Assembly: GCA_963702215.1 (NCBI GenBank)
Contig: OY969726.1
Location: forward strand, 1,443,050-1,507,049
Length of the DNA: 64,000 nt
From: an uncultured Bacteroidota bacterium
GTDB lineage: Bacteria > Bacteroidota > Ignavibacteria > Palsa-1295
Reading direction: 5' to 3'
Notes under the pieces: generated by a model
Databases searched by the model: none
Told to the model about the DNA's origin: nothing
What the model saw: the letters and a program-made list of their open reading frames with translations, nothing else
Position numbers and translations under genes: made by a program
Part shown: piece by piece, positions 30,225-40,899 of the stretch
Numbering within the stretch: position 1 is the stretch's first letter
Layout: the number at the start of each line of letters is the position of its first letter

Positions 30225-30375
30225 CGCTGAGCGAAACGGCGAGGTGCGTGATGTCGATGCCACCGCCGCCCGAGCTTTTGCGCCGCATGGACCGCCGTGC
30301 CGCAACCGCAAAACGGACCCAAGCCCCACATCGCCCGGATTGCTCAATGCCTTGATGATTCGTTCCAAGAGGGCG
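30225..30375 (-). pseudogene. C-terminal remnant of a DNA methyltransferase (SAM-binding motif)
   Basis: Frameshifted ALLERIIKALSNPGDV/PFCGCGTAVHAAQKLGRRW/IDITHLAVSL. Confidence 0.85.
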
Positions 30376-31119
30376 CTATCGTACTCTTGCGGCCACTTTT
30401 TTTGGAATAGCCTCTCTCGGTTCACTGCCTGCGGCATAAATTCTTACGCGAGAAATTATTTTTTCGGAGAAGAACAAATCTTCGTCGCGCTTTAAAATGG
30501 ATTCTATCTTATAGGTCTTTCCATTTTCAATTCTCTCGAGTTGAGTTAATGGATAGGACTCGATTTCATTTCCCCATTGATCCCATCCCTCTCGTTGCAC
30601 CCGAGCGAATAGTTCCACATAAGGTCCGGGACTGCATGCCTCAATAATATCATAGGCCTCATCGGGTTTGCGAGAATGCTCACGTTTCTTTGTCTTGATA
30701 ATATTAACCTGGGTACGCCCGGGATTCAGCGTTCTCATACTGCCTTTGGTTCCAAATAGGATAAGCTCAGTCACATTCCGAAAGTAGAACCCTACACCGC
30801 GCCCGTCGGGACCACCATCCTTCCGGATCTTGTGCCAAACGATGTTCGCTTTGTACTTGAACCCCCATGCTTTCATTACTTCCAGACCTTCCGATAGAAG
30901 GGCATTCGGAACCCAGAGATAGAGGTGCGCCGTATCATCCGCAACCTGGTTTACGGGAAGGGATTTAATCTCTTCCAGATCCATAGTTGAATAACGGTTC
31001 AATCGAACGTGCTCCGGTGCAACCTTACCCGTCCGATTCATAAACCTCCAAGGAGGATCGGCAAGGACGGTCTTATATTTTTTCCTAAGACTTTGCCTTA
31101 AGCTTTGCTTTGCGTTCAT
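30376..31119 (-). CDS. MT-A70 family adenine methyltransferase
   Basis: LADPPW, HLYLWVPN, REHSRKPD, ELFAR. Confidence 0.93.
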   Translation of the reverse strand: MNAKQSLRQSLRKKYKTVLADPPWRFMNRTGKVAPEHVRLNRYSTMDLEEIKSLPVNQVADDTAHLYLWVPNALLSEGLEVMKAWGFKYKANIVWHKIRKDGGPDGRGVGFYFRNVTELILFGTKGSMRTLNPGRTQVNIIKTKKREHSRKPDEAYDIIEACSPGPYVELFARVQREGWDQWGNEIESYPLTQLERIENGKTYKIESILKRDEDLFFSEKIISRVRIYAAGSEPREAIPKKVAARVR

Positions 31120-31762
31120 CTTGTATTCGTTGTAACTTTGTCAAAACTTCTGCCGGTACTTCGTCTTCGATGTACGATGCTTTCGTAATCCCGAACATCA
31201 GCAATGGGCATCCACCAATCGTTCCCGACTTCACTTCTTCAATGAGTTTGCTCATGTGGGTTGTCGATGCTCCATATTTTTTTCCGAGATCGTAACCGAA
31301 ACTTTTGAATAAAGGATCCAGCGAATCGGCGCGCGTAATGATCACTCCAACACTAATCGCACCATGATCGTGTAATTGCCTGAAATTTTTCAGATCCCGG
31401 TCAAAAACTGAATCCTTGCTATTCCATTCCGTCTCGATAGCGATTCGACCCTTAAAATGATCGATCTGATGAGTGTCCGCCTTTCTCATTTCGTCATCAA
31501 TGAGAACCGCTACCTTGAATTTTTTTTCAACCCATCCAAAATCGCTAAATCGTTGATGAATGCTTTTAGCAACGGAACTCATGTTGCCACCTTCCGCGAA
31601 TACCTGGCTTTTCCTAAACCGGAATTCTAAAAGTATCGATTGAATTTCTTCCCACTCGTTGGGGAAATCTTGAGTTAATACAGCGGATGCGTGCCGCCAT
31701 TCCGCTGTATCGAAACTCTTAAGAATTTCGGAAGAAATGTGTTTAGCAGGGATCGAGAGCAT
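31085..31762 (-). CDS. BglII/BstYI-family type II restriction endonuclease
   Basis: THQIDHFKGRIAIETEWNSKD...DRDLKNFR...KYGASTTH; AT-rich; coupled to the MT-A70 gene. Confidence 0.85.
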   Translation of the reverse strand: MLSIPAKHISSEILKSFDTAEWRHASAVLTQDFPNEWEEIQSILLEFRFRKSQVFAEGGNMSSVAKSIHQRFSDFGWVEKKFKVAVLIDDEMRKADTHQIDHFKGRIAIETEWNSKDSVFDRDLKNFRQLHDHGAISVGVIITRADSLDPLFKSFGYDLGKKYGASTTHMSKLIEEVKSGTIGGCPLLMFGITKASYIEDEVPAEVLTKLQRIQDERKAKLKAKS

Positions 31763-31807
31763 TATTTAAAGTGGATATTTATTACTTGAAACCGAGTCTT
31801 CGATAAT

Positions 31808-32263
31808 TCAATTCGCTGTGGGATCGCAATGGAGATAGAGGGAACCGGTCGGCTTTAGTACGCGGTGGAGTTCGAGGAGTCGGTTGGCCATCATGGTGAG
31901 ATAGGCAGCATCGCCGACGATGCTCATATCGTTCTGGCCGAGGAATACGTCGAAGTACAGCATCATCTCGGAGACGTTGGTATTCGGGCTGTGTTCCAGT
32001 TCAGCGAACTCGCGTTCGGAGCATGACCGATCATGCGGCTCGCCCCAATGCCAGGAGTCCTCGAATGCGGTAATCTGGGCGTCGGAAGCATGAGCGATCA
32101 TGCGTCGTGTCCTTCGGCGTTTTGAAGAGCACGGAATAATCGCGCTTCGAATTAAAAGCATGAGCGATCATGCGGGCGGATCGAGATAGACGAGATCGAC
32201 CGATTCCGATGCGATGTGCTCGCGGAGAATATCGAGATTGTCGCCGAAAAAGAGTTTGTTCAA
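31808..32263 (-). pseudogene. N-terminal remnant of a site-specific DNA methyltransferase with four mini-hairpin insertions
   Basis: NKLFFGDNLDILREHIASESVDLVYLDPP^FNS...AQITAFEDSWHW...RLLELHRVLKPTGSLYLHCDPTA; internal stop and truncation. Confidence 0.9.
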
Positions 32264-32322
32264 GGATAGGTGCCTATCAAACATGCTATTAATATACGAT
32301 ATTTTTCGGCGGCGCGGGGCAA

Positions 32323-32345
32323 GTCGGGCTGGAAGCCCGACCTAC
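32323..32345 (-). repeat. GTAG-type REP element
   Basis: Minus strand GTAG-GTCGGGCT-TCC-AGCCCGAC; partial copy GTAGGTCGGGC at ~33651. Confidence 0.8.
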
Positions 32346-32867
32346 GCGGCCGAAATTTCTATGCAGCAATCGCGCATTCGCTTGACTTTGCCATTTGGAT
32401 TGATTATATTAGCACCGTATTCTATAGGCACCCATTTGCTGTTGGCAAGCCGAGTATCTTGCTCATTGAAAACAAACCATCGGTTCATGAATGGATGGAG
32501 GCGAATTGGCGATTTCAGGCGATTTGGATAGTTTTCAATGAATTATGAACTTGCACACACACGATCGGCACCTGTTTGCCTAAAGAATTCGCTTTCCGGA
32601 AAATGGTGCGCCTTGGACAAGCTCCGGGCAAGCTCGATTTATTTATAGAAAATGGTGGCGTTAGTAAAACCAAACGCAAATGTGACAGAAATCCGAGGCA
32701 ATTTAAAGATTCCGGGAGCGTTTTTGCGGCGATGTTGTTTCGTGCGCGGAGAAATCCAGGAGACTCTGCGAAGGCCGTTCATGGTAATGGCCCGGCAGAC
32801 ATCCTCCAAAATCAACCACCCCCCAACCCCCGCCTTGAAAAGGCGGCGGAGAAATAATGTAAGAACC

Positions 32868-33557
32868 ATGGTAAAACTGAGATTAGCACGTCAGGGACGC
32901 AAGAAAGTCCCGATTTATAGAATTGTAGCCACCGACAGCCGTTCGCGGCGGGATGGGCGATTTATCGAATCGCTCGGGCAATACCGGCCTTCGAATGAGC
33001 CGGGGCAGAAAGTCCAGATCAAGGAAGACCGGGCGCTGTATTGGCTCGGCGTTGGCGCCCAGCCGACGGATACGGTCCGCTCCCTGCTTTCGGGCGAGGG
33101 AATTTTACTCAAGTGGCATCTCGAAAAGAAGAAGATCGAGCCGGCCCGTGCCTCCGAAATTTTTACGACGTGGAAGTCGAAGCGCGACGAAAAGCTAACC
33201 GCGAATATGGATGCGAAGGCCGCCGCCCTCCTGTCCCGCGAGGAAGCGAAGCGTAAAGCGGCCGCGAAGAAGGCTGCGGAAGCTGCGACAGCGGAAGCTG
33301 CGACAGCGGAAGCTGCAGCGGTAGCTGCTGCCGAGGCCGCCGCAGCTGTGGTTCCCGAAGCTACGGTTCCCGAAGCTACGGTTCCCGAAGCCGCAGTTCC
33401 CGAAGTTGCGGTTCCCGAAGTTGCGGTTCCCGAAGCTGCGGCAGTGGCAGAAGCTACGGTCGAAGCCGCTGCCGCGGAAGTTCCAGCGGAAGCTGCGCAG
33501 GCAGTCGGGGAACCCTCCGGCACGGAGGCGCGTCCCGCCGAGCGTGTGGAAGGATAA
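32868..33557 (+). CDS. rpsP: 30S ribosomal protein S16 with long Ala/Glu/Pro tail
   Basis: [34 protein letters not shown]. Confidence 0.95.
   Translation: MVKLRLARQGRKKVPIYRIVATDSRSRRDGRFIESLGQYRPSNEPGQKVQIKEDRALYWLGVGAQPTDTVRSLLSGEGILLKWHLEKKKIEPARASEIFTTWKSKRDEKLTANMDAKAAALLSREEAKRKAAAKKAAEAATAEAATAEAAAVAAAEAAAAVVPEATVPEATVPEAAVPEVAVPEVAVPEAAAVAEATVEAAAAEVPAEAAQAVGEPSGTEARPAERVEG
33280..33440 (+). repeat. 15-bp coding tandem repeats (AATAE x2; [10 protein letters not shown] x6) in the rpsP tail
   Basis: GTTCCCGAAG(C/T)T(A/G)CG units visible. Confidence 0.85.
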
Positions 33558-33924
33558 TCGGCAGGTCGATGATTTGCGGGCCGGGTGCGGCCCGCACTCG
33601 GAGGGCGTTCGGCGTTTTTCGTGCGGCGCCATTTTTTTTGTATTATATTTGTAGGTCGGGCATGAATGAAGTCCGGGCGAAATTCAATATTCGGATTCGA
33701 AACGAAGGCCTTCCCTTTCATCCGTTCGGTGAATTTTTGAAAAACGATGTTCCAGCGCTTGCTTTTTGTTTTTAAATTGTGTATATTTGAATTAAGCTGA
33801 AACCAACTGAAATTCGGCGGCTGTTTCCAATCGAAGAACGTGAACGTTCTTTCACGAAACGGCATTAGCCAATCGATAGCGATATTTGAAAATTGATTTT
33901 TTAGCAAGATCGAGGCGTTGAGTT

Positions 33925-34180
33925 ACAAGCCTGATGCCCCGGTCCGAAGCTAACCTAAGTTGTCCTGCTGACCACAGGACATATTGAACGAGAGGGGCGC
34001 TTCGGAAGTCTCGTGGTGTTTCACAAATTAGGGAGGACCAACTCTCACCACTCACGAGTGCCGAAGCGCTTTTTATTTTAAGTAACGAGTGAGGAGTTAC
34101 GGGTGTCGAGACGGTCCCAAAACTTTTCGTCCCTGTTTTACGTAGAAGAGGCCGGTTTCCGCCCACAGTATTTTCTACGA
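33925..34180 (+). promoter_or_regulatory. Structured leader upstream of gcvP with terminator-like hairpin and a competing stem
   Basis: TGTCCTG/CAGGACA hairpin; GCGCTTCGG (33997) pairs with CCGAAGCGC (34061) followed by TTTTTATTTT; ACGAGA/TCTCGT alternative stem. Confidence 0.5.
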
Positions 34181-34194
34181 AGACATTTCCTTCC

Positions 34195-37120
34195 ATGAAT
34201 TCCATTCTTACCCATTTCGACCGCTTCCAGGACCGGCATATCGGCCCAAGCGAACAGGATCTCGAACAAATGTTCGAAACGACCGGCGTTCACTCGCTCG
34301 GGGAACTCGTCGAGCAAACGGTGCCGGCTTCGATTCGATTAAAAGAGCCGCTGGATCTAAAGCCTGCGATGACTGAAACCGAATTTCTTGCCCATGCCTC
34401 TCGGCTGGCGAAGAAGAACAAGGTATTCAAATCCTATATCGGCATGGGGTATTACGATACGGTGACGCCGCCGGTAATACTGCGGAATGTTCTCGAGAAT
34501 CCAGGGTGGTACACGCAATACACGCCGTATCAGGCGGAGATATCGCAGGGCAGGCTCGAATCGCTCGTGAATTTTCAGACAATGGCGGTCGATCTGACCG
34601 GTCTCGAAATCGCGAACGCCTCACTCCTCGATGAGGGAACTGCCGCGGCAGAAGCGATGCATCTTATGCTCGCCGTACACAAAAGCGACAAGGCGCATAC
34701 GCTCTTCGTTTCCGAAAATATTTTTCCTCAAACGCTGGACGTGCTACGGACGCGGGCCGGAGCAATTGGGGTAACGATTGTAGTTGGCGATCACCGGACG
34801 CTCGAATGGAACCCGAATATCTTTGGCGCGATCGTGCAATATCCTGCGGGCGATGGTGAGATTTACGATTATCGCGAATTTTGCGAAGCCGCACATGCGA
34901 ACGGCACGCTCGTAACGGTGGCGTGCGATCTCATGAGCTTGCTTCTCCTCAGGCCGCCGGGAGAATTCGGCGCGGATGTCGCCGTTGGTTCCGCGCAGCG
35001 ATTTGGAGTTCCCTTGGGATATGGCGGCCCGCACGCCGCATTCTTTTCCACGCGCGATGAATACAAGCGTTCAATGCCGGGCCGCATTATCGGCCTCACG
35101 ATCGACTCGCATGGGAACCCTGCCTACCGCATGGCGCTGCAAACCCGCGAGCAGCATATTCGACGCGACAAGGCTACGAGCAACATCTGCACGGCACAGG
35201 CGCTGCTCGCAAATATCTCCGCCATGTATGCGGTGTATCACGGCCCGAACGGGCTCCGCACGATTGCAGAGCGGATTCATGGCCTTACAGCATTTCTTTC
35301 TCACGAGTTAAAGCATCTCGGCCTTCGCATTTCCAACGAGCGGTTTTTCGACACGCTGAAAATCGAAATCGAAAATGTTGCACAACTCGAAGCAATCCGG
35401 CGCGAGGCGCTGAAAGCGGGAATGAACTTCCGTTATTTTGGCGAGCGCGCCATCGGCATTTCGCTCGATGAAGCGGGCGACCGTCGAAGATGTGCGAGCC
35501 ATCGCCAGCGTATTTCATTCCGCGATTCATGCGGATAGCGGGATTGCGCTGCACACCAACGGGAACGATCTCTCCTTTCTCTACGATGCAAAATTTGCGT
35601 TACAATTTGAACGAACGAGCGAGTATTTAACCCATCCAACCTTCAACGCGCACCACTCCGAGACGGAGATGCTCCGCTATCTCAAGCGCCTGGAGAATAA
35701 AGATTTCTCGCTCGCGCATGGAATGATTCCCCTCGGTAGCTGCACGATGAAGCTGAACGCGACGAGCGAAATGATTCCCATCACGCTGCCGGAGTTCAGC
35801 CGTATGCACCCTTTCGCACCGCTCGATCAGGCGGAAGGCTATCTCGAAATGTTCGGCGAACTCGAAGCGATGCTGAAGCACATTACGGGCTTCGACGCCG
35901 TATCGCTCCAGCCCAATGCCGGCGCGCAAGGGGAATATGCCGGCTTGCTTGTGATTCGCGAATATCTGAGATCGAAGGGGCAGTCGCACCGCGATCTCGT
36001 GCTGATTCCCGCCTCGGCGCATGGAACGAATCCGGCGAGCGCGGTCATGGCCGGGATGCGCGTGGATGTTGTAAAAACCGATGCGCGCGGAAATATCGAC
36101 GTGGATGATCTTCGCGCGAAAGCCGAAGCGAATAAAGACAAACTTGCCGCCCTGATGGTAACGTATCCATCCACACATGGCGTGTTCGAAGAAAGCATCA
36201 AGGATATTTGCGAAATTATTCATGCCAATGGCGGGCAAGTTTATATGGATGGCGCGAATATGAATGCGCAGGTTGGCCTCACGAACCCAGCGGAAATCGG
36301 CGCGGATGTATGCCATCTCAATCTGCATAAAACTTTTTGCATTCCGCATGGCGGCGGTGGGCCAGGCATGGGGCCGATTGGTGTTGCGAAACATCTCGCG
36401 GCGTTTTTGCCTGGGAACCCGGTCATTCGCACCGGCGGAGAACATGCTATCGGTGCCATCAGCGCGGCGCCATGGGGCAGCGCGAGCATTCTTCTCATTT
36501 CTTATGCTTATATTGCAATGATGGGCGCAGATGGTCTGAAACGCGCTTCTGAATTTGCAATCTTAAACGCGAATTATATCAAAGCCCGGCTCGCAAAAGA
36601 TTTTCCCGTTCTTTACGAGGGAACTCATGGCCGCGTGGCGCATGAAATGATTCTCGATATGCGCGGATTCAAATCCATTGGCATCGACGTGGAAGATATT
36701 GCCAAGCGCCTGATGGACTACGGCTTCCATGCGCCGACACTTTCGTTCCCCGTGGCCGGCACCCTGATGGTCGAGCCAACCGAAAGCGAACCGCTCGAAG
36801 AACTCGACCGATTCTGCGATGCGATGATTGCCATCCGCGCAGAAATGGAAGAAGTCGCGAGCGGAACGATGGATGCGAAGGATAATGTGCTGAAGAATGC
36901 GCCGCACACCGCCGAATCCGTAATCGCCGATAATTGGAAGCATCCATATTCTCGCGAAAAAGCGGCCTTCCCGGTTCCCGGTCTTCGCCAGAATAAATTC
37001 TGGCCCAGCATCGGCCGCGTCAATAATGCCTATGGCGACCGCCAGCTTATCTGCACCTGCCCGCCCATCGAAGCCTACGCGCACGAGACCTCGCTCGAAA
37101 CCCAGGCGGAACTGGTGTGA
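34195..37120 (+). CDS. gcvP: Glycine dehydrogenase (decarboxylating), apparent +1 frameshift at ~35476
   Basis: [47 protein letters not shown]. Confidence 0.93.
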
Positions 37121-37160
37121 GGGGAAGGTCAATCTGAACAGCTAACCCTTCTCATGCGTT

Positions 37161-37976
37161 ATGGCCCGCCGAATGGGAAAAATTATTACAATCGCGAATC
37201 AAAAAGGGGGCGTGGGGAAGACAACGACGGCCGTGAACCTCGCCGCCTCGCTCGCCGTGGGAGAATACAAAACGCTGCTCGTCGATATTGATGCCCAGGC
37301 AAATGCGACGAGCGGGTTAGGCATCGATTCGAAATCGCTCACAAGTACAATCTATGAAGTGCTCATTAATAATCAGCCTGCAGAGAGCGCAATTGTGCAG
37401 ACCGCAGTTCCCAATCTCGATCTGCTCCCATCCCATCTCAATCTTGTTGGCGCGGAAGTGGAACTGATAGAGTTCCCGAATCGCGAGCATATTATGGAGC
37501 ATGCGCTTTCTACAATTCGCGAGAAGTACGATATTATCATTATCGACTGCCCGCCCTCGCTTAGCCTGCTCACGCTCAATGCGCTCACGGCATCGGACAG
37601 CGTTCTTATTCCGGTACAATGCGAATATTATGCGCTCGAAGGATTGGGCCAACTTCTCAACACGATCAATATCGTAAAGCGGCATCTGAACCCGAGGCTC
37701 GACATCGAAGGCGTCCTGCTTACGATGTACGACAGTCGCCTCCGGCTTTCGAATCAGGTCGCCGAGGAAGTGCGAAAATATTTTGGCGAAAAAGTATTTT
37801 CGACGATCGTCACGCGCAATGTCCGGCTTTCGGAAGCGCCGAGCTTTGGCCAGCCGGTGGTGCTCTACGACGCGGCTTCCAGCGGGACGAAGAATTATCT
37901 CGATCTCGCCGCCGAGGTCGTGCGTCGAAATCCCGAGTTGCAAAAGAAGGATGGCGTTGCCAGAATGCGCATCTAA
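37161..37976 (+). CDS. parA: Chromosome partitioning ATPase ParA/Soj
   Basis: [32 protein letters not shown]. Confidence 0.95.
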   Translation: MARRMGKIITIANQKGGVGKTTTAVNLAASLAVGEYKTLLVDIDAQANATSGLGIDSKSLTSTIYEVLINNQPAESAIVQTAVPNLDLLPSHLNLVGAEVELIEFPNREHIMEHALSTIREKYDIIIIDCPPSLSLLTLNALTASDSVLIPVQCEYYALEGLGQLLNTINIVKRHLNPRLDIEGVLLTMYDSRLRLSNQVAEEVRKYFGEKVFSTIVTRNVRLSEAPSFGQPVVLYDAASSGTKNYLDLAAEVVRRNPELQKKDGVARMRI

Positions 37977-38027
37977 CTCCGAACAAATGCGGAGCTTATT
38001 TTACCGGTTGCGGGGTTCTAAGAAAGC

Positions 38028-38978
38028 ATGTCAAAAACACGATCGGTATTAGGGAAAGGCTTGAATGCGCTGCTGCCTGGCGCGACGGTGGCTGAGCCGT
38101 TTTCGGGAATCGAGCTTGCTGATACCCCTACGCCCACCCGCGAGCGCCACGTGCCGAATATTGCCGCAATCGAGATCGCCCGCGTGGCGCCGAATCCGCT
38201 TCAGCCTCGCAAGGTATTTTCGCCGGAGCAGTTGATCGAGTTAACGGAGTCCATCCGAGAGCACGGCATCATTCAGCCGATCACCGTTCGCAAAGTGGCA
38301 GGCGATAAGTTCGAGTTGATAAGCGGCGAGCGCCGCATTCGCGCCGCGATCGAAGCAGGGCTGACGCAGATTCCGGCATATATTATCACGGTCGAGAGTG
38401 ATCGGAAAATGCTCGAACTCGCCATCGTCGAGAACGTACAGCGAGTCGAACTTAATCCCATCGAAGAAGCGGAAGCCTACGAGCGCCTCGTTGAAGACTG
38501 CGGGCTTACCCAGGAGGATGTTGCAGCCAAAGTTTCGAAGGACAGGACAAGTGTCGCGAATGCAATTCGCCTGCTCAAATTGCCGGAGCATATTAAGGAC
38601 TCCGTTCGTGCCGGCGTGCTAAGTCCGGGCCATGCAAAGGCCATTCTCGCAGTTGTGGATCCGGCACGGCAAAGCATATTATGGCAGGAAGCGATTCGGA
38701 ACCATTACTCGGTGCGAAAGTTAGAAGAATTGGCAAAAAACAGAAGCGTAAAGTCTCCTTCAGTGCTAAAACGAAATCGGGAGGCATCACGGGAAGCGCC
38801 CCAAATCGAACCATCTTCAGATATTCGTTCCATCGAATCCGGCTTCCAGCATATTTTCGGAACTCAGGTTCGCATTCGCATGAAAACGGATGACACGGGC
38901 GAAATTGCCATCCAATTCTATTCCCCGGAAGAATTCGAACGCCTGCAGGAATTATTATCGAGCATCACCCTTTCATAA
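38028..38978 (+). CDS. parB: Chromosome partitioning protein ParB
   Basis: LGKGLNALL, GERRIRA, ENVQRVELNPIEEA. Confidence 0.95.
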   Translation: MSKTRSVLGKGLNALLPGATVAEPFSGIELADTPTPTRERHVPNIAAIEIARVAPNPLQPRKVFSPEQLIELTESIREHGIIQPITVRKVAGDKFELISGERRIRAAIEAGLTQIPAYIITVESDRKMLELAIVENVQRVELNPIEEAEAYERLVEDCGLTQEDVAAKVSKDRTSVANAIRLLKLPEHIKDSVRAGVLSPGHAKAILAVVDPARQSILWQEAIRNHYSVRKLEELAKNRSVKSPSVLKRNREASREAPQIEPSSDIRSIESGFQHIFGTQVRIRMKTDDTGEIAIQFYSPEEFERLQELLSSITLS

Positions 38979-39019
38979 TCTCACCAATCCACTAAATCCG
39001 CGAAAGCCAGGTTCAGACC

Positions 39020-39409
39020 ATGGAAGCACTATTAGAGACAATTTTAACCGCCAACGCGCCGCAGCCAATCGGGCCCTATGCGCAGGCTGTTCGTAGCCGC
39101 GAGCTGCTTTTTTGCTCTGGCCAAATTGCCATTGATTCAGCCACGGGGGAAATGGTGCAAAGCTCCATCGAGGACGAGACGAAGCAAGTAATGAAAAACC
39201 TGCGCGCCGTCCTCGAAGCGGCGGGAGGAACGTTTGCAAACGTCGTGAAGACGACGATTTTCCTCACCAATCTGGCTGATTTTGCCGCCGTTAACCGCGT
39301 CTATGAATACGGCTTGGGAACCGCCCGTCCCGCGCGCAGCACGGTGCAGGTCGCCGCATTGCCAAAGGGGGCGCGGGTAGAAATTGAATGCGTAGCCTCG
39401 CTCTCATAA
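39020..39409 (+). CDS. ridA: RidA family reactive intermediate deaminase
   Basis: APQPIGPYAQAV, SGQI, PARSTVQVAALPKG. Confidence 0.9.
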   Translation: MEALLETILTANAPQPIGPYAQAVRSRELLFCSGQIAIDSATGEMVQSSIEDETKQVMKNLRAVLEAAGGTFANVVKTTIFLTNLADFAAVNRVYEYGLGTARPARSTVQVAALPKGARVEIECVASLS

Positions 39410-39942
39410 TTTTCGCGCTGCTCACTCTTTCCGGAGCCTGCTTCGCACAAGTTCCCGAGAGTGCCGTGCGGGATACCATTCGCGGCCCAGCGGACAGCAC
39501 CTTCCACATGACGAAATCACCCCTCGAAGCGATTCTCCTCAGCGCGGCGGTTCCCGGAGCTGGACAAGTCTATCTCCATCAAGCATGGAAAGTTCCAGTT
39601 ATCTATGCACTGGCGGGCGGATTTTTGTATGGCGCCCTCATTCAGAATTTTCGCTACCACGAAATGATCGACTCGATCAACGAACGCGACGCCCGCGGAA
39701 CTGCAGCCGATAGCGCCTACGCGAATGTTTTCACAAGCCCACGGGAATTTTATCGTAATGATCGCGATAAATGGTGGATCTATTTGGGACTGGTCTATGT
39801 CGCGAATCTGCTGGATGCCTACGTCTCGGCTAATCTCTACGATTTCGATGTGAGCACGCCCGGCGGCGGCGGCAGCCCGTTCGAGTCCTATTACGATCCG
39901 TTTGGCGGGCAATTCGGAATTAGTTACACGCTCCATTTCTGA
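39388..39942 (+). CDS. DUF5683-like membrane protein
   Basis: SAAVPGAGQVY...WKVPVIY...NLLDAYVSANLYDFDV. Confidence 0.75.
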   Translation: MRSLALIIFALLTLSGACFAQVPESAVRDTIRGPADSTFHMTKSPLEAILLSAAVPGAGQVYLHQAWKVPVIYALAGGFLYGALIQNFRYHEMIDSINERDARGTAADSAYANVFTSPREFYRNDRDKWWIYLGLVYVANLLDAYVSANLYDFDVSTPGGGGSPFESYYDPFGGQFGISYTLHF

Positions 39943-39943
39943 C

Positions 39944-40862
39944 ATGAAGCCGGCATGGACGCTTGTTATCCTGATTCTTGCGGGCTGTGCCGGCGGGCCA
40001 CGAGTGACGGCCGAGGTCGGACTCTCTCATCGGGGATCTCGCCGCTACTACCCTGCTGCGCGAGTTTCACGATGCGACGGCGATGAGCGCGGATCAATTC
40101 GGAAATATCTATGTGGTCGAACCTTCTGCGAATTCGATTATCAAGATTTCGCAGAAGGGAGATAGTTTGCACGAAGTGAGTGGTTTCGGCGCCGATCATT
40201 ATCAATTCAACGGCCCATCCGATGTCGATGCGCACCTTACCAATGCTGTGCTCATCGCCGACCGGTTCAATCATCGAATCGAACAATATACCAAAAACCT
40301 GAATTATACTTCCACGCTTTATACGCGCGATAATCCCGATCTCGCCAAGCGATTCGGTTACCCGGCCGCCGTTGCCGTGGATGAAGCCGGGAACATTTAT
40401 GTGGCCGACGGCGAAAACAAGCGCGTTCTCAAAGCGCGGTCGGATTATTCGGTCGAGCGCGTCTTTGGCGGCTATTCCGAAGTCGCGCGGCCCGATGCGG
40501 TACTCAGCAATCCCGTCGATCTTGCGATTGCAGGCGATGAGCATCTCGTCGTGCTCGATAATGGCGGCTCGTCACTCGTGGAATTCGATAATCTTGGCAA
40601 CCTGCTCGAACGCCGGGAACTGCGCGTTCCCGCGAAATCGATCTGTGCTTCGAACGATACGATTTTTGCGCTTTCGAGCGACGCGCCATCGGTGGAACTT
40701 CTCCTGGGCGCCGGGCTAACCTCCATCGGCTCCTGGCACATCGAGCGCACTACCTCGGATACAACCGACGTTGAAGACCTCACCGTGCGCGACGGAACGA
40801 TTTATTTCCTTACGCGGCATGGGCTGTATGCATGTAATTTAAGGACCGCAGGGAGGCAATGA
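39944..40862 (+). CDS. NHL-repeat lipoprotein (apparent +1 frameshift at ~40015)
   Basis: The lipobox LAGC ORF joins the NHL ORF (FNGPSDV, PAAVAVDEAGNIYVAD) if one G is removed. Confidence 0.75.
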
Positions 40863-40899
40863 AATTGCTCGTGCCCTTAATTCATAATTCGTAATTATC

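Noticed and set aside
30170-30331. N-terminal 54 aa of the 306-aa ORF as part of the protease
   Set aside because: It is the methyltransferase remnant read through by chance; the likely start is 30169
32270-32867. Small ORFs and an N-terminal extension upstream of rpsP
   Set aside because: No recognisable motifs; the region contains a REP and AT-rich promoter-like DNA, and S16 homology starts at 32868
34195-37120. Split gcvPA/gcvPB or programmed frameshift
   Set aside because: The sequence is the single-chain type, the ORFs overlap with junk termini, there is no slippery site, and one extra G explains it
40878-40897. Heptamer repeat TAATTCA-TAATTCG-TAATTA
   Set aside because: Under three units; too short to interpret
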